Below, one piece after another: positions 40,657 to 52,816 of a DNA stretch of 64,000 nucleotides (the stretch's first letter is position 1; each line of letters begins with the position of its first letter). A program made the translations under genes and the position numbers. This stretch comes from Nageia nagi (lineage: Eukaryota; Plantae; Pinophyta), in contig JBITNC010000001.1 of NCBI GenBank assembly GCA_050084985.1, positions 202,616,001 through 202,680,000 of the forward strand, given 5' to 3'. The notes under the pieces are model-generated. The model had not been told where the DNA came from, ran no database searches, and saw only the letters and a program-made list of their open reading frames with translations.

Positions 40657-41804
40657 TGTAATATTCCAAATATTTTCTAAGACTAAAATATGCAAATTAT
40701 GCACCAAATATACCAAATAAAATGCTCCAAAAATCAATTACACATGCCAGAATATCAATGTCTCACTTAAAGACAAAAAATATCACTCATACACATCCAC
40801 AAACCTGACGTCAAGCTTCTAGAGGCAAGATAATTACAAATAGACAACAAAATGAGACCAATCTACGGATATCAATGTGCCAACAGCTGAATTAAGCAAT
40901 GAAGAGTGATTAAAAGCCTCAAATCTGCCCAAAGGGCTCAACGCTGGCCTCCAAGGAGTCAACTAAGGCACATACACATGTAAATATGCTCACTGCTGGA
41001 ACAATGGATGGGATAGCCACACTCTCTCAAGTTCTAAATCCTCTCCACTAAAGGAGCCCTCTCCAAATCCTAGAAACCAACTAAATGGTACGACTACAAC
41101 CTTGGAATACCACCAGCTAGACTAAGATGTTGCACCTTCGCCGTAGATTAGCAAGATCCCTCAACCTACAAACCCTCCTAGATGTTGCACCTAGAGGAAG
41201 ATTGCTTGATGCTATGCCAAGACTTGTGCCTTTTGAACAAAAGAAGAGATAATCCAAAACTCAACATATCTCTGCAATGATGCTCCAATGCCTAATATAG
41301 CTCAAGTCTGGATCTAGATTATCACCTCAAAATCAATCAATGCCTCCCTATTCCAACGTTAGCCTCCTAGAGGCCCTCAAATGCCTCAAACATGTCATAA
41401 ATGCTCATGCGTGGGTTTAGAGTCTCCCCAAGGTGTGGCGTGGTCTTCAAGGGTGATGGGATGCCTCCAAGTCCAACATTGGGGTCCTAGAAGTCCCTCC
41501 ATGTCATGCATTGGGTTTCTAGGAGTCATACATGTGCCTAGATCCTATTTTCATGACAATTCAAGGCCTTGGGATTCCCACAATGAATTCTCGGGATCTC
41601 CAAGTACATAAAATAACATTTAAATATGCTAGCCTATGCTTGTGGGGAAAACGTCCCTCTTGGGGCTCATAGTGGGGTCCAATTGACCATTATTATTTCT
41701 ATCCCAAGTAACTAACAACAAATACATAAATAAATAAATATTTACAAAATGGGAATCCTTAGGATCCCAAAATTAATTATCTTTTACAAAAAGGGGATGT
41801 TACA
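40657..41804 (-). mobile_element. Solo LTR of chromovirus family B
   Basis: TSD CCACC at 40652-40656 and 41805-41809; TGTAAT...TGTTACA; right end closely matches 5450-5679 and 11400-11640. Confidence 0.92.
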
Positions 41805-43026
41805 CCACCCTTGTATTAATTTCTTTAATTCTCCTTTTATCACCTTTTAGCTAGCATTCTTTTATTTTCTACAAAATTCTCAACAATATCAGTGCCAATA
41901 ATATTTTTGATTGATTTATTTCAAGGTAATACAAGTTGTTTATAAGTTTTGCCTCACCAATCGTAGATCAATAGTCCAGATGGAGCCTCATTGTACAGGA
42001 TGACGGTTTGAAAAGAACACAAGGGGTTGTTGATACACAACAATAGAAGATATCCTCCACTTGATAGATCCAACCTTTGGCAAAACATGATGAAATGGAA
42101 GGGGCAGATGGTGATGGATGGTAACTTTCACTTCACGACATGGACGATGAGCAGAGAATAGTGGAAGGTAGTAGACACATGGCATACAACAACTTCTGCT
42201 TGATGGGATAGACAATTAGCATAGGTTAGCGAAAGATGTCCATTATAGGACACATGGCATGTGGCAAGTGTCTCCACTTCAATGGATCTTTGTTCTCGTG
42301 GAGCTTGGTAGGTAGTGTGGTATACGTTGATGGCAATGCTAGTTTCCACTTGATGGGCTAATGCATTAGCGAAACACTGGAGTAAATGGGACACATGGAA
42401 AGCAGTGGAGACTTCCGTTGGATGGGACATTGTTTTGGCAGAACATGGCGAAGACCTAAGGATACATGGCAAGATATGATGGTCTCCACTTGACGATCTT
42501 ACAACCTAGCTGGAATTAGTGAAGAGTAAAAGAAGGGTCTCAATGTTCCATCAAAGGGTGACACATGTCTCACCATTTGCACATCTAGTACCTTTACATT
42601 CTTGTTAACCAAGCAACAATCTTTAGTCAAACCCAAAGCTATCCCTTTCGAGATGTTCTGACAACCTTCGTAGCCACTTACAAAATCACCTAAGCCTACC
42701 AAACCATTGTCTACCTTCAACAAAACCTTTATTAGATTGTTAAATGCTTGCCTGTCCATCTGTTCACTATATGTTATTGGACATAACCTATTACCTTGAA
42801 GGGGAATCAAGCTTATTACAACAATCGGTTAATTTGTGGTAAAGGCTTGTCTGACCAAAGATGTTTTACTCGACAGTGGGGTAAACTTCATTTCTTTAGA
42901 CAAACTTACAAATTTTTACCCAACCAACTCTTTTCAATCTCAAAACTTTCAAGCATGACGATTTGAAGTTTTCAAGGTTCATCAATAACAAACTTAATCA
43001 CTTTTATTGGACAATTTTAAGCATTT

Positions 43027-46000
43027 TGTGACACCCCCCTTGTACTTCTAATGGGACCTGTTGGGTCATCTTGTATTATATTCCTTTCATGTATTTGTAT
43101 GTACTTTGTTGTAACTCAAGATAGAAGGTTTAATGGATCATGTGAACCCCACTATGAGCCTCAAGTGGGACCTCTCCCTCCTAAATACTAGAATAGGCAT
43201 GTTTTGTATTGGAGATCACGGATTGTGGGAATCCCAAGGTAGATTTATACATTATAATGTTGGATGGTCATCAAAGTGCTAGCGCTAGCTTGGGGAGGGC
43301 CCCATACACCCACATTGGCTTATTACAGCTCCAAGACCCCCACATTGTCATATTATGTGTTTATGACACCCACGTTGGCACTTAAGTGAATTGGGGCCCC
43401 CAATTACCCAACGTTGGATTAGAAGGGTCTGGAATGATCCCAAAGTGAGCTTCCGACATGAGAATGGTATAAATAGACATTGGAGCTTGAGTATTGGACA
43501 GCTATTGATCATTATTACTTCTACTACAGACCTTCGGGCACAAGTACTAGCAGCACTAAGCAAACCATCCCTAGACGGAGTGTCTAGAGGGCGATTAGGC
43601 ATTGGAATCTTGATCATCTATGGCTTAGGTGGAGCATGTAGCCCATCCGGTGGTATTCCGAAGATTCACTTCTACCTTCAATGGTTCACCAGGGTTCGAG
43701 GAGGGCTCCCTCAGTGGAGAGGATTCGAAGTCTAAGGGAGTGTGTTTATCCCATGGTTCTACAACTATTCCAGATTGGAGATATCATTGTATTGTGCCCT
43801 AGTTGGCTTCCTAGAGGCTAACAACTGCCCATTGGGCATTGGTATTGTATTTCATCCATTGCATATCATTTGTATAGCCAGAGGGCATTGGATCTCATTA
43901 CTGTGTGTATTATCTCATACCTGTGCATGCGTTGGATCGCATGATGTTATGTACTTGTATTTATCATTTGATGGCACATTAATGTAATAGGATTTGAATA
44001 ATGCATGTATGAGCCAGACGTTGGCATTTTGGGTATTTGAATGTTGAATGTGCATGCCCTAACCCTAACGTTGCATGTTGGAGAGTTTGTATGTGTGTAT
44101 TGGATGCCCTAGACCTAATGTTAGGATTTGATGGTCCAAACTTGCTAGTTTGTGTTTAAAACTAAATTCGAATCATCACAAGTGGTATCAGAGCCTGGAT
44201 CTGGTTAGCCTATGAGGTTAAGATCCAGCTAGCAGCAAATTGAACCAGTAGATTGGGAGGTCTTGCATTTAAAAGGCCAGTTTTAGGGTTAAAACGGCAA
44301 TTTTTTGGGAAAGTCTGAATTCTTAGACTAGGTCATCTTGGGTTCGAAGGACATATCTATAGATCTGAAGGCTGTTTCTAGATATAGAAGGACTTGATCT
44401 ATCATTCTAGCTAATTAGAAAAATTTAATATGAGGGTTTAAGCTAGAGTTTGAAAACTATGGAGGCAATCGTTCAAGAGGATGAGAGGTGGTCATGGATG
44501 AACATGCAGTCAAAAGCTAGGGTTTTTGGCAGTGAAGGAGAGACGCATATATACATGCAAAAGATTGCCAAGAGGAGGAGCTCTACTTTGGTTTGGGGAT
44601 TCACTTCCGAACGAAAGTTTGATGAGCTTATCTCGGCCATTAACAGTATGACCAGAGTGATCACTTCAATGGGTCGGCAGATGGCCGAGTATTGGGAAGA
44701 GATCGATGAGTCAGAGAAGCACCATTCACCCCCACAACATGCTAGTGAGGATCAGGAGGCACCACGCCATGGTCAAATTGAGAACAGGCAAAGAGAAAGC
44801 TTGGCATCACATGCTGGGCATAGAGGAGGTTCGACACCCCATACTGGACATGGAATAAGATTGGCACCCAACATTGTCCCAATAGGCAATTTAACACCCC
44901 ACGTTGAGCACCCAAGGAGTTTGGGCACCCAACATTGGGCAGGAAGAAGAAGTGGCAAGAGAAGAACCTTGGGTCAGCCATATTGACACTCCAAAAAGGT
45001 ATGATAGCAATTCTGATTTTCATAGCAGTAATTCAGAAGTTTTGCATGGTGTTTTTGGATGTGATAACATTGGGAAGAAAGAGGAAAGCCATTGTTGTTT
45101 CAGATTTGGTTTTGGGAGATAGTGATGAGAAAGGTGAAGAGCATGAGCCAAGCATGGAAGAAGATAAAAATAGGAAAGAAGGGAATACTATTTCAGACAC
45201 CATGCAAGGTATGTCAAGTAAAGTTTCAAGAGGTTTCCTTCAAAATGCAATCACACCTATTTGTTGAAAATGTAGTAGGGAACAAGAAGCTTGATGAAAA
45301 GATGAATGTTTCTTGTGAGTATGCATATACTAGTTACATGCCTTTGGTTTCAAGGTGTGATGTGTTGGAGAAGTAAATTCTTCATGTGAATGGAAATAGA
45401 CTTCTAGCTCCATGGGATCCGGGTGTGTTAGCACACAATGGGAGATTTAAAAGAGTGGAGGTGTTCATAGGGGATGAAGAAGACAGCATGAAGCTTTCCA
45501 AATCAGCCTTAGAGAAGAAAGGAAAAAAAGTCTCAGCCTATGATGGAGGACTTGATGGTCCTTGGAGCTAGTTGGATCTTTGGAACATGATATGAGGTAA
45601 TGGCCTCACTTGTTTTAGCTCACTTTAATTGTTGGTGTATTTGCATGAATCCATAGCCTAACTCGAAAGATAGGAGCATGAGAAGGGCATCATACTTTCT
45701 CATGGCACATTCATTTGCAGCCAATACATCAAGAAGAAGGGAGATACACTTGTTGATCTCTGTGACCATTATGTTCCAGAAGATTCATCGCTGCTTGGGG
45801 CAAGGAATCATGTCATTTCAGAAGCTACTTTGCTATTCCAAAAAGCTACAATGTATGAGAGCAAGTCATACATTACTAGGAGGTTTCACTCTTCATCTTT
45901 GTGCTTGGTATGGGCTGATTCAGAAGGAAGATATTCAGATCTGATTTCAGCTATCTTTGAGCTGAGTTGGTACAATTCAAGGGCAGCATTTGATAGGGGA

Positions 46001-47953
46001 AGATGGATGACAGTTGGGACTGAAATGTTGCCATTATTGTTAACATCCCACGCTGAGCATTTAGGAGGCTTGCCATGCCACGTGGTGCATTTGGGAGGAT
46101 TGTCTTGCCACATTGGCAATCCAAGAGGATTGGAGCCCCACGTTGTGGTTTGAGGGGGCTAGAGTTGCTATTGAGAGGTGTCATGTTGTTGGACACCCCA
46201 CATTGAGGTTTGAGGAGGCCAAAGTTGCTGTTGAGAGGTGTCATGTTGTTGGACACCCCATGTTGAGGCTTGGGGAGGCCATGATTGTTGTTTGGGGGTG
46301 TCATGATGATGGGCACCCCACATTGAGGCTTAGGGAGGCCAGGATGGTTGATTGGAAGTTTCAGGAACTAGAGGATAAGATGATTTCTTGCCTCACACTG
46401 GCCTTGAGGAGCATGAGAGGTCTTGAGTGGAGATTGGAGGAGATACTACTACCTAGATGGAGCCTAGCTCTACTTGTTCCATGCTAATATTTATATTTCT
46501 CAGGGTTTTGCAGGTACATCCCAACCTGAATGTGTACACACTCACATGGCTATGGAGATTTGTGACTGAGTATCTGCTAAGGAGTGATGGTTACAGCAAA
46601 CTAGAGAGTTTGCAACTTGCACCAAGACAGGAGCATGGGGCTCCAGCTGTTCACTCTACACCACCGTCCAGCATGGTGCATATTGAAGTTGCATTCCACC
46701 ACCATGTGCTTCGGTTGATAGCTCCTGATGATGCATGGGAGACTGAATGTTGTGATCTCTTGCAATTGCTTGAGGGCAGGAAATTCGAGAGGGGAGGCTT
46801 TGTGATGTCCCCCTTGTATTTTTGATGGGACCTGTTGGGTCATCTTGTATTATATTCCTTTCATGTATTTGTATTTACTTTGTTGTAACTCAAGATAAGA
46901 GGTTTAATGGGTCATGTAGACCCCACTGTGAGCCCCAAGTGGGACCTCTCCCTCCTAAGTAGTAGAATAGGCATGTTTTATATTGAAGATCATGGATTGT
47001 GGGAATCAAGGTAGATTTATACATTATCATGTTGGACAGCCATCATAGTGCTAGCGCGAGCTTGGGAAGGGCCTCATACACCCATGTTGGCTTATTACAA
47101 CTCCAGGACACCCACATTGTCATATTATGTGTTTATGACACCCACGTTGGCACTTAAGTGAATTGGGGCCCCCCAATTACCCAACGTTGGATTAGAAGGG
47201 TCTAGAATGATCCCAAGGTGAGCTCCGAACATGAGAAAGGTATAAATAAACATTGGAACTTGAATATTGGACAGCTATTAATCATTATTACTTCTACTAT
47301 AGACCTTCAGGCACAAGTCTTAGCGGCACTAAGCAAACCATCCCTATACGAAGCATCTAGAGGGCGATTAGGCAGTAGGATCTTGATCATCTACGGCTTA
47401 GGTGGAGCACCTAGCCCATCCGGTGGTATTCCGAGGATTCACTTCTACCTTCAGTGGTTCACCAGGGTTCGAGGAAGGCTCCCTCAGTGGAGAGGATTCG
47501 AATTCTAAGGGAGTGTATTTATCCCATGGTTCTACAACTATTCCAGATTGGAGATATCATTGTATTGTGCCCTAGTTGGCTTCCTAGAGGCTAACAACTG
47601 CCCATTGGGCATTGGTATTGTATTTCATCCATTGCATATCATTCATATAGCCAGAGGGCATTGGATCTCATTATTGTGTGTATTATCTCATACCTATGCA
47701 TGCATTGGATCTCATGATGTTATGTACTTGTATTTATCATTTGATGGCACATTAATGTAATAGAGTTTGAATAATGCATGTATGAGTCAGACGTTGGCAT
47801 TTTGGGTATCTAAATGTTGAATGTGCATGCCCTAACCCAAGCGTTGCATGTTGGAGAGTTTGTATGTGTGTATTGGATGCCCTAGACCTAACGTCAAGGT
47901 TTGATGGTCCAGACTTGCTAGTTTGTGTTTGAAATTAAATTCGGATCATCACA
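43027..47953 (+). mobile_element. Intact-structure non-autonomous LTR retrotransposon (element E), chromovirus-derived
   Basis: TSD CATTT at 43022-43026 and 47954-47958; LTRs 43027-44180 and 46801-47953; PBS TGGTATCAGAGC 44183-44194; PPT GAGAGGGGAGGC 46787-46798; 2.6-kb interior without RT or integrase. Confidence 0.95.
46130..46350. repeat. ~60-bp tandem repeat, 3-4 copies, in the interior of element E
   Basis: gagaggtgtcatgttgttggacacccca recurs at 60-bp spacing. Confidence 0.85.
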
Positions 47954-48127
47954 CATTTCTTAGGTATTTATAACTTGAAATGGAGTTAAGTATCAAGAAT
48001 GGTCGATTTGTATGGCAAAAGGTGTTCCCAAACCAATTGTAACCAAAATTTGAGGATTCCTTAGTAATGAATACCCTAAAAGGTTTGGAAAAATTCTAGG
48101 GGCAATGTTGGACAGTTCGACACCTAC

Positions 48128-48503
48128 GTACATATATTTCAATTTTGGCTTTTAGTTGCCAACCTAGGTATTTAAATTTCGATTTTTGGCTTTCATTTGC
48201 AAACCAAGATATGTATATTTCAATTTTAGCTTTCATTTGCCAACCTCAGCATGTAGATTTCAATTTTTGGCTTTCATTTGCAAACCATGGCATGTAAATT
48301 TCGATTTTAGCCTTCATTTTCAAACCAAGGTATGTAAATTTTGATTTTGGCTTTCATTTGCCAAACTGGATATGTAAATTTTAATTTTTGACTTTCATTT
48401 TCAAACCAAGGTATGTAAATTTCAGTTTTTGGCTTTCATATGCAACCTAGGGTATGTAAATTTCGATTTTGGATTTCATTTGCCAACCTGGGTATGTAAA
48501 TTT
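48128..48503. repeat. Minisatellite, ~40-41-bp unit, about 9 copies (one more unit at ~36345-36383)
   Basis: ggtatgtaaatttcgattttggctttcatttgccaacct repeated. Confidence 0.92.
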
Positions 48504-48739
48504 AGAATGTTTGTCAATTGTAAGTTAATGTAACAGAATTTAGAATGTTTACCAATGCGTTATTCTTTATTTTTATGTTACAGTATCAAATATATATTAA
48601 TAAGGAGGGTGGTTAGGAACAGACCACACGACCATCTTAGCCTATCATCATATAAAAGATGCACTTCAATAAGAATAAAATACCACTGTTTTCATCTCTT
48701 TAAGGTATGAAAGCCATTTTATCTTGATCCATCATAGAA

Positions 48740-50740
48740 ATTGATGATGACAGACAGGCGAAAATTCAGAGACAGATATTGTGACATCCGACAAAAGTCT
48801 CAGCACATTTGAGAGAAGAAATAAATTCTACCAGAGACATCAAGAAACAGCCTGAGGAGCTAACATCCCACAGAAGAATTGAAAACCATGAAAGTTCGAG
48901 ACTGAAACCCTTAAGAAACTGTTACAGAAGTAAGTGTTTTATGGCAGGAAGTAAAGAGGAGCCAAATCTAAAAAAAAAAGAGATCAGTTACTTCTATTCC
49001 TTCATTTGGGACTTTGCAGCCGTAAAAGGGTTACACGAGGTTATTCAGTTGAAAACCCTAGCACTGAAAAAATATAATTTATATACGAATAGAATTGTAG
49101 AATATGAGGATGAAGCAAGAAAGTATAACTGTATATATACCAACCAAAACCATGAAACAATTGTTGCGATTTGCCTGTCTTTAGAAATCCTGTGTAAGCC
49201 CCAGAAACAATGGAATTTACATCGTCATATTGAACTCCATTTTTCTATAAAAGATAGTAGCAGCCTCGGAGAACCACAGATTACAGGATCGAAATTTAAG
49301 AAACACATTGCACTCTGAAAATGTTTCTGAAGTACTTTATCTGTAAAATGTCGAAATTTTGAAAATATTTTTGGACTGTCTACTGTAAAATCTTGGTTGG
49401 TTGAAGAACAGAATTTTGTGACTGTAATACAAACTACTGCAGTTATTCTCAAAATTCTAGGCATACAAAGGGAATTATGTTTTAAGCTTAAATTGAAAGC
49501 AAAAATAGAAAACCCTAGATTGCTGAACATTAACTGAAAATCGTGTTTGTCTGTCGATTCTGTATATCTATTGTAAACTGGAATCTGAAAATCGGTTTCA
49601 TATGCAGCTATCTGTTGAAAAAGTATTGTTTAGATCCACAGAAGTTCAAAAAACTGTATATCTAGGAAACAGAATGAGGACCAATATATATACTCATCTC
49701 TTTCCAGATTCAGTGAAGTTGATTAGCCATTACTAATATGGTTGGTAATGTAAATGGGAAGGCACAGGGACCTCAAATTGATAAGCCTCAGCATGGTTTC
49801 AAATGATGTAACTAGGCGAGGAAAAAGAAAGATAACTCAATCTGCTGGAAAACAGGCAAAAGGAAGTCCTTCCAAACCAAAACCCAAATGCTTGTCCTTC
49901 CATATAATCAGCCACCTTAAAAATAAATGTTGAAATAAATAGACAGTATGACCTAACTCAAAAGCAAGCAAATACTATGAAGGTGGATGATTCTTTCAAA
50001 GGTTTTGTTTCTATGGCTTCTTCACGTAGAAGCATCCACATCTATTTCATCCAAAAAAACATAATAGCTATAGATGTTCTAAACTGAATAGCATTCTGGA
50101 TGCAGCAATCATCAGAAATTTCAGAATTAGACAAATATCATGTGCTTATCACCAAAATATGAACCATATATCAAAGTGTTTTGTCAAACATATGCAGTCC
50201 AAGAAGAAATTGAATGGTGGCACAGAGAAACTTAATCCAGGACAAAGAAATTAGAGGAATATGAAACAATCAATATTTTCCATAGAGAAAGCACACTAGA
50301 TCCAATTCCAATCATTGCAGCATCAGTGATGACTGAAATGGATTCACTTCATAGTTCTCTGACTCTCATTTAAATTGGAAAACATAGTTCAGATTTCCAC
50401 CATAGATCAAGTTTCATCGATTCTTTGCATGGTCAGATTCTGTGATCAAATGACATATATAGAGTTTCAAAGTTCCAGATTTGACAACCATATATTTCTA
50501 CCTGTGACACAATTTCAGTTTTTCTTTTTCATAGGAATGTTATAGCATATTCTTGCGGAATTCTCTATCACCCATTGCATTTCCTTCAGTGTTTATGCTT
50601 GGAAAAAGCATAGGGCTGGACCAGGGTACGTTATATCACTGATTATTTAGGTATTGTCTGATGCCTGTAAATTTCTACAATACATTTCTTAAGTCACTAC
50701 AAAAAGAGGTATTATCCTGCAAAATATTTTGGATTCATAT
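48740..50740. mobile_element. Possible old solo-LTR-like repeat
   Basis: Distinct composition rich in cagaa/ctgaa words and LTR-end-like gtattatcctgcaaaatattttggattcata; no TSD confirmed. Confidence 0.3.
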
Positions 50741-50832
50741 TAATGAAAGGATGGTTTAGCATTCCTCACAATATCAATGCGTTAAATGCATAATGAATAA
50801 ACAAGTGACATATAAATTTGGATGTTGCTGCA

Positions 50833-52408
50833 ATACTTTCTTAACTTTAGGGAGGTCCCATAGACCATGGCACATATCTAACTTTCTATGCATGTATTCA
50901 CGAGACCTTCTAGAGCCCTGATGGTGCTCTTGCTGAGGCCTCCTACACTTCTACGTGGGTTCACCAACTTGTTTGTAACTATTCATGACTGCCACCTATC
51001 TGCACATAACCTTCCAGAACCCATACAAGGCCTCCCACACTTTTGCCAGGATTAATCAGGCTCACTTCCAGCTTCTACATGGTGTTGTACCTAGGTGCCA
51101 TGGAAGGGTCCAATGCAGACTGAAATTCAGCCAATTGGGCAAGTCTCTTCAATTCTGAAAGTACAAAGGTAGCTATTGATGTTCCATTCGAGCCTAAATT
51201 TGAGAATGACTCTTGGAATTGCAAGTCTGTCCATCCTCAACAATCTGGTTGAAAATGAGGAAAATCTGAAGGAAAAATTCCCTGATTGCGAAATTTGTTG
51301 GAGCAAGGCCAAACATTGATCATATCTAGAAATGGGCACAAATCAAATGGAAGATCAAAGGGCACCTGGAGGTAAGCACTCCCCCTAAAGATTTCAGAAT
51401 GTCTTCTTGTTTAATTTCAATCTTGCAATGGATATGGAAGCTGTCCTCAAGAAAGGCCTTTGGTTCTATGCTAAGAAGGGTTGTTTGTTTCTCAAAAAAA
51501 TGGCATAAGGGTTTCGGAATATCAAACAAAGCAGTTGGGACATTGATCGTTGTTGATTTGACCACCAAAAACAAGACTAGAATGCTTGAAGCCAAATTTT
51601 GTGTCAACGCGGACCTGACCCAAACCCTACCCAGGAAAATCATTCTGGACACTAAAGACAGCCCTTGGGAGTAGAAAAATTGTTATGAGCACCTTCCGTC
51701 CAGATGCACCACCTGCAATAAGGTTGGACACTCGAGAAAGGATTGTCTTGTGCAGAAATGAACTCGCCAAAACAATCAAGTTAATCAGGAATGGAGCATC
51801 AAAAACCTTACCCACATGGCACCTGAGAACATTGAAACAAAAAATTCTTAGTTCATAGTTTAATGTTGAAGTAGGAAGTTTTAGGTACAGGTGTTTCAAG
51901 TGCAAGATCACAATGTCAAAAAAATCCCGAGCAACCCCAGCCCTCCAAAACCCATCCCTCCTTTGGAAGCTTCTCCAGAAACGCAGCTAGATGTTCCCCA
52001 GGCCACAATTGACGTGGATCTTGCTTCCAAGTTCATGGAGTAGTCAAAACAAATTAACCAGGAGTTCAAATACAATCGCGGAAGATAGTAAAACTCCTGG
52101 AACTATTGGAATGCCCCCTGAATCAACAATTCGAGCCAAAGACACATCAAAAGCCATTGCTAACATAATCCAACGCACTCTTGAACAGAGTGGGTGTGTC
52201 ATATTAAATTGTTTTTTCATCAATGGAAGGTTACTGGTACTTTACTAGTACTTTTCTGGAACTACCATGGAACATCAGTGGAAGGCTTCTGTATTTTTCT
52301 GTATCTTTTGTATATCTTTAAATGCTCAAAAATGAAATTGTCAATACAGGTTTTGAGACCCTCTATAAAAAAACAAAAACTAATTTATTTACCTTATCAA
52401 AAACAATA
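50833..52408 (+). mobile_element. ORF1-only L1-derived element (c), ~1.6 kb
   Basis: Perfect 13-bp TSD GGATGTTGCTGCA at 50820-50832 and 52409-52421; ORF1 remnant (KKWHKGF, AVGTLIVVDLTTKNKTRMLEAKFCVNADLTQTLPRKIIL); tail ttaccttatcaaaaac; no ORF2. Confidence 0.85.
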
Positions 52409-52680
52409 GGATGTTGCTGCAGACTAATCACCTTCTTGACCCAAAAATAAAGTGATTCTATATTAAAAGAAATGGAAAATATTCTTTGAAACACAGCAGG
52501 TTATGTAGAATATATGCATCAGCATGGCATACATTATGGCTACCAAAGTAGATACTCACTCAACATACACAAAAAACGTAATGAATAAAGCCTATAATGC
52601 TAGAATTTATGCAAAGATCTTCAGCCATATCACTTTCCTAGGAACCAAACATAAAAGTAAACAAAGGAATCAGAATAAAC

Positions 52681-52816
52681 CTCATACTCATAGTCTAATG
52701 CTGCTTCTGTCTCCCTAAAGGCATCTCTTAAAACATCTGCAGCATTGCAATCAGAAAGAACCTGTTCTCTCTTCTCTACATCTGATAGAATATCTGCCAG
52801 CTTTTGTCGCATGATC
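52681..52816 (-). CDS. KAPP: KAPP-like PP2C exon
   Basis: ttacag|G...GAG|gtttat; IMRQKLADILSDVEKREQVLSDCNAADVLRDAFRETEAALDYEYE; phase 0 joins GCTAT to give YEGCTAT. Confidence 0.92.

Larger units (their letters stand above)
36384..48122 (-). mobile_element. Element D: TG...CA element related in architecture to C, hosting three nested insertions
   Basis: Interrupts a 41-bp minisatellite; TSD CCTAG (36379-36383) / CCTAC (48123-48127); termini TGTTGTC...GTTCGACA; ORF remnant similar to that of C. Confidence 0.72.

Noticed and set aside
43391-47760. Duplicated ORFs 43391-43735/47218-47508 and 43742-43987/47548-47760
   Set aside because: They recur only because they lie in the two LTRs of element E; no recognisable protein motifs
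48809-49318. 169-aa ORF
   Set aside because: No recognisable domain or splice context; lies in A-rich repeat-like DNA
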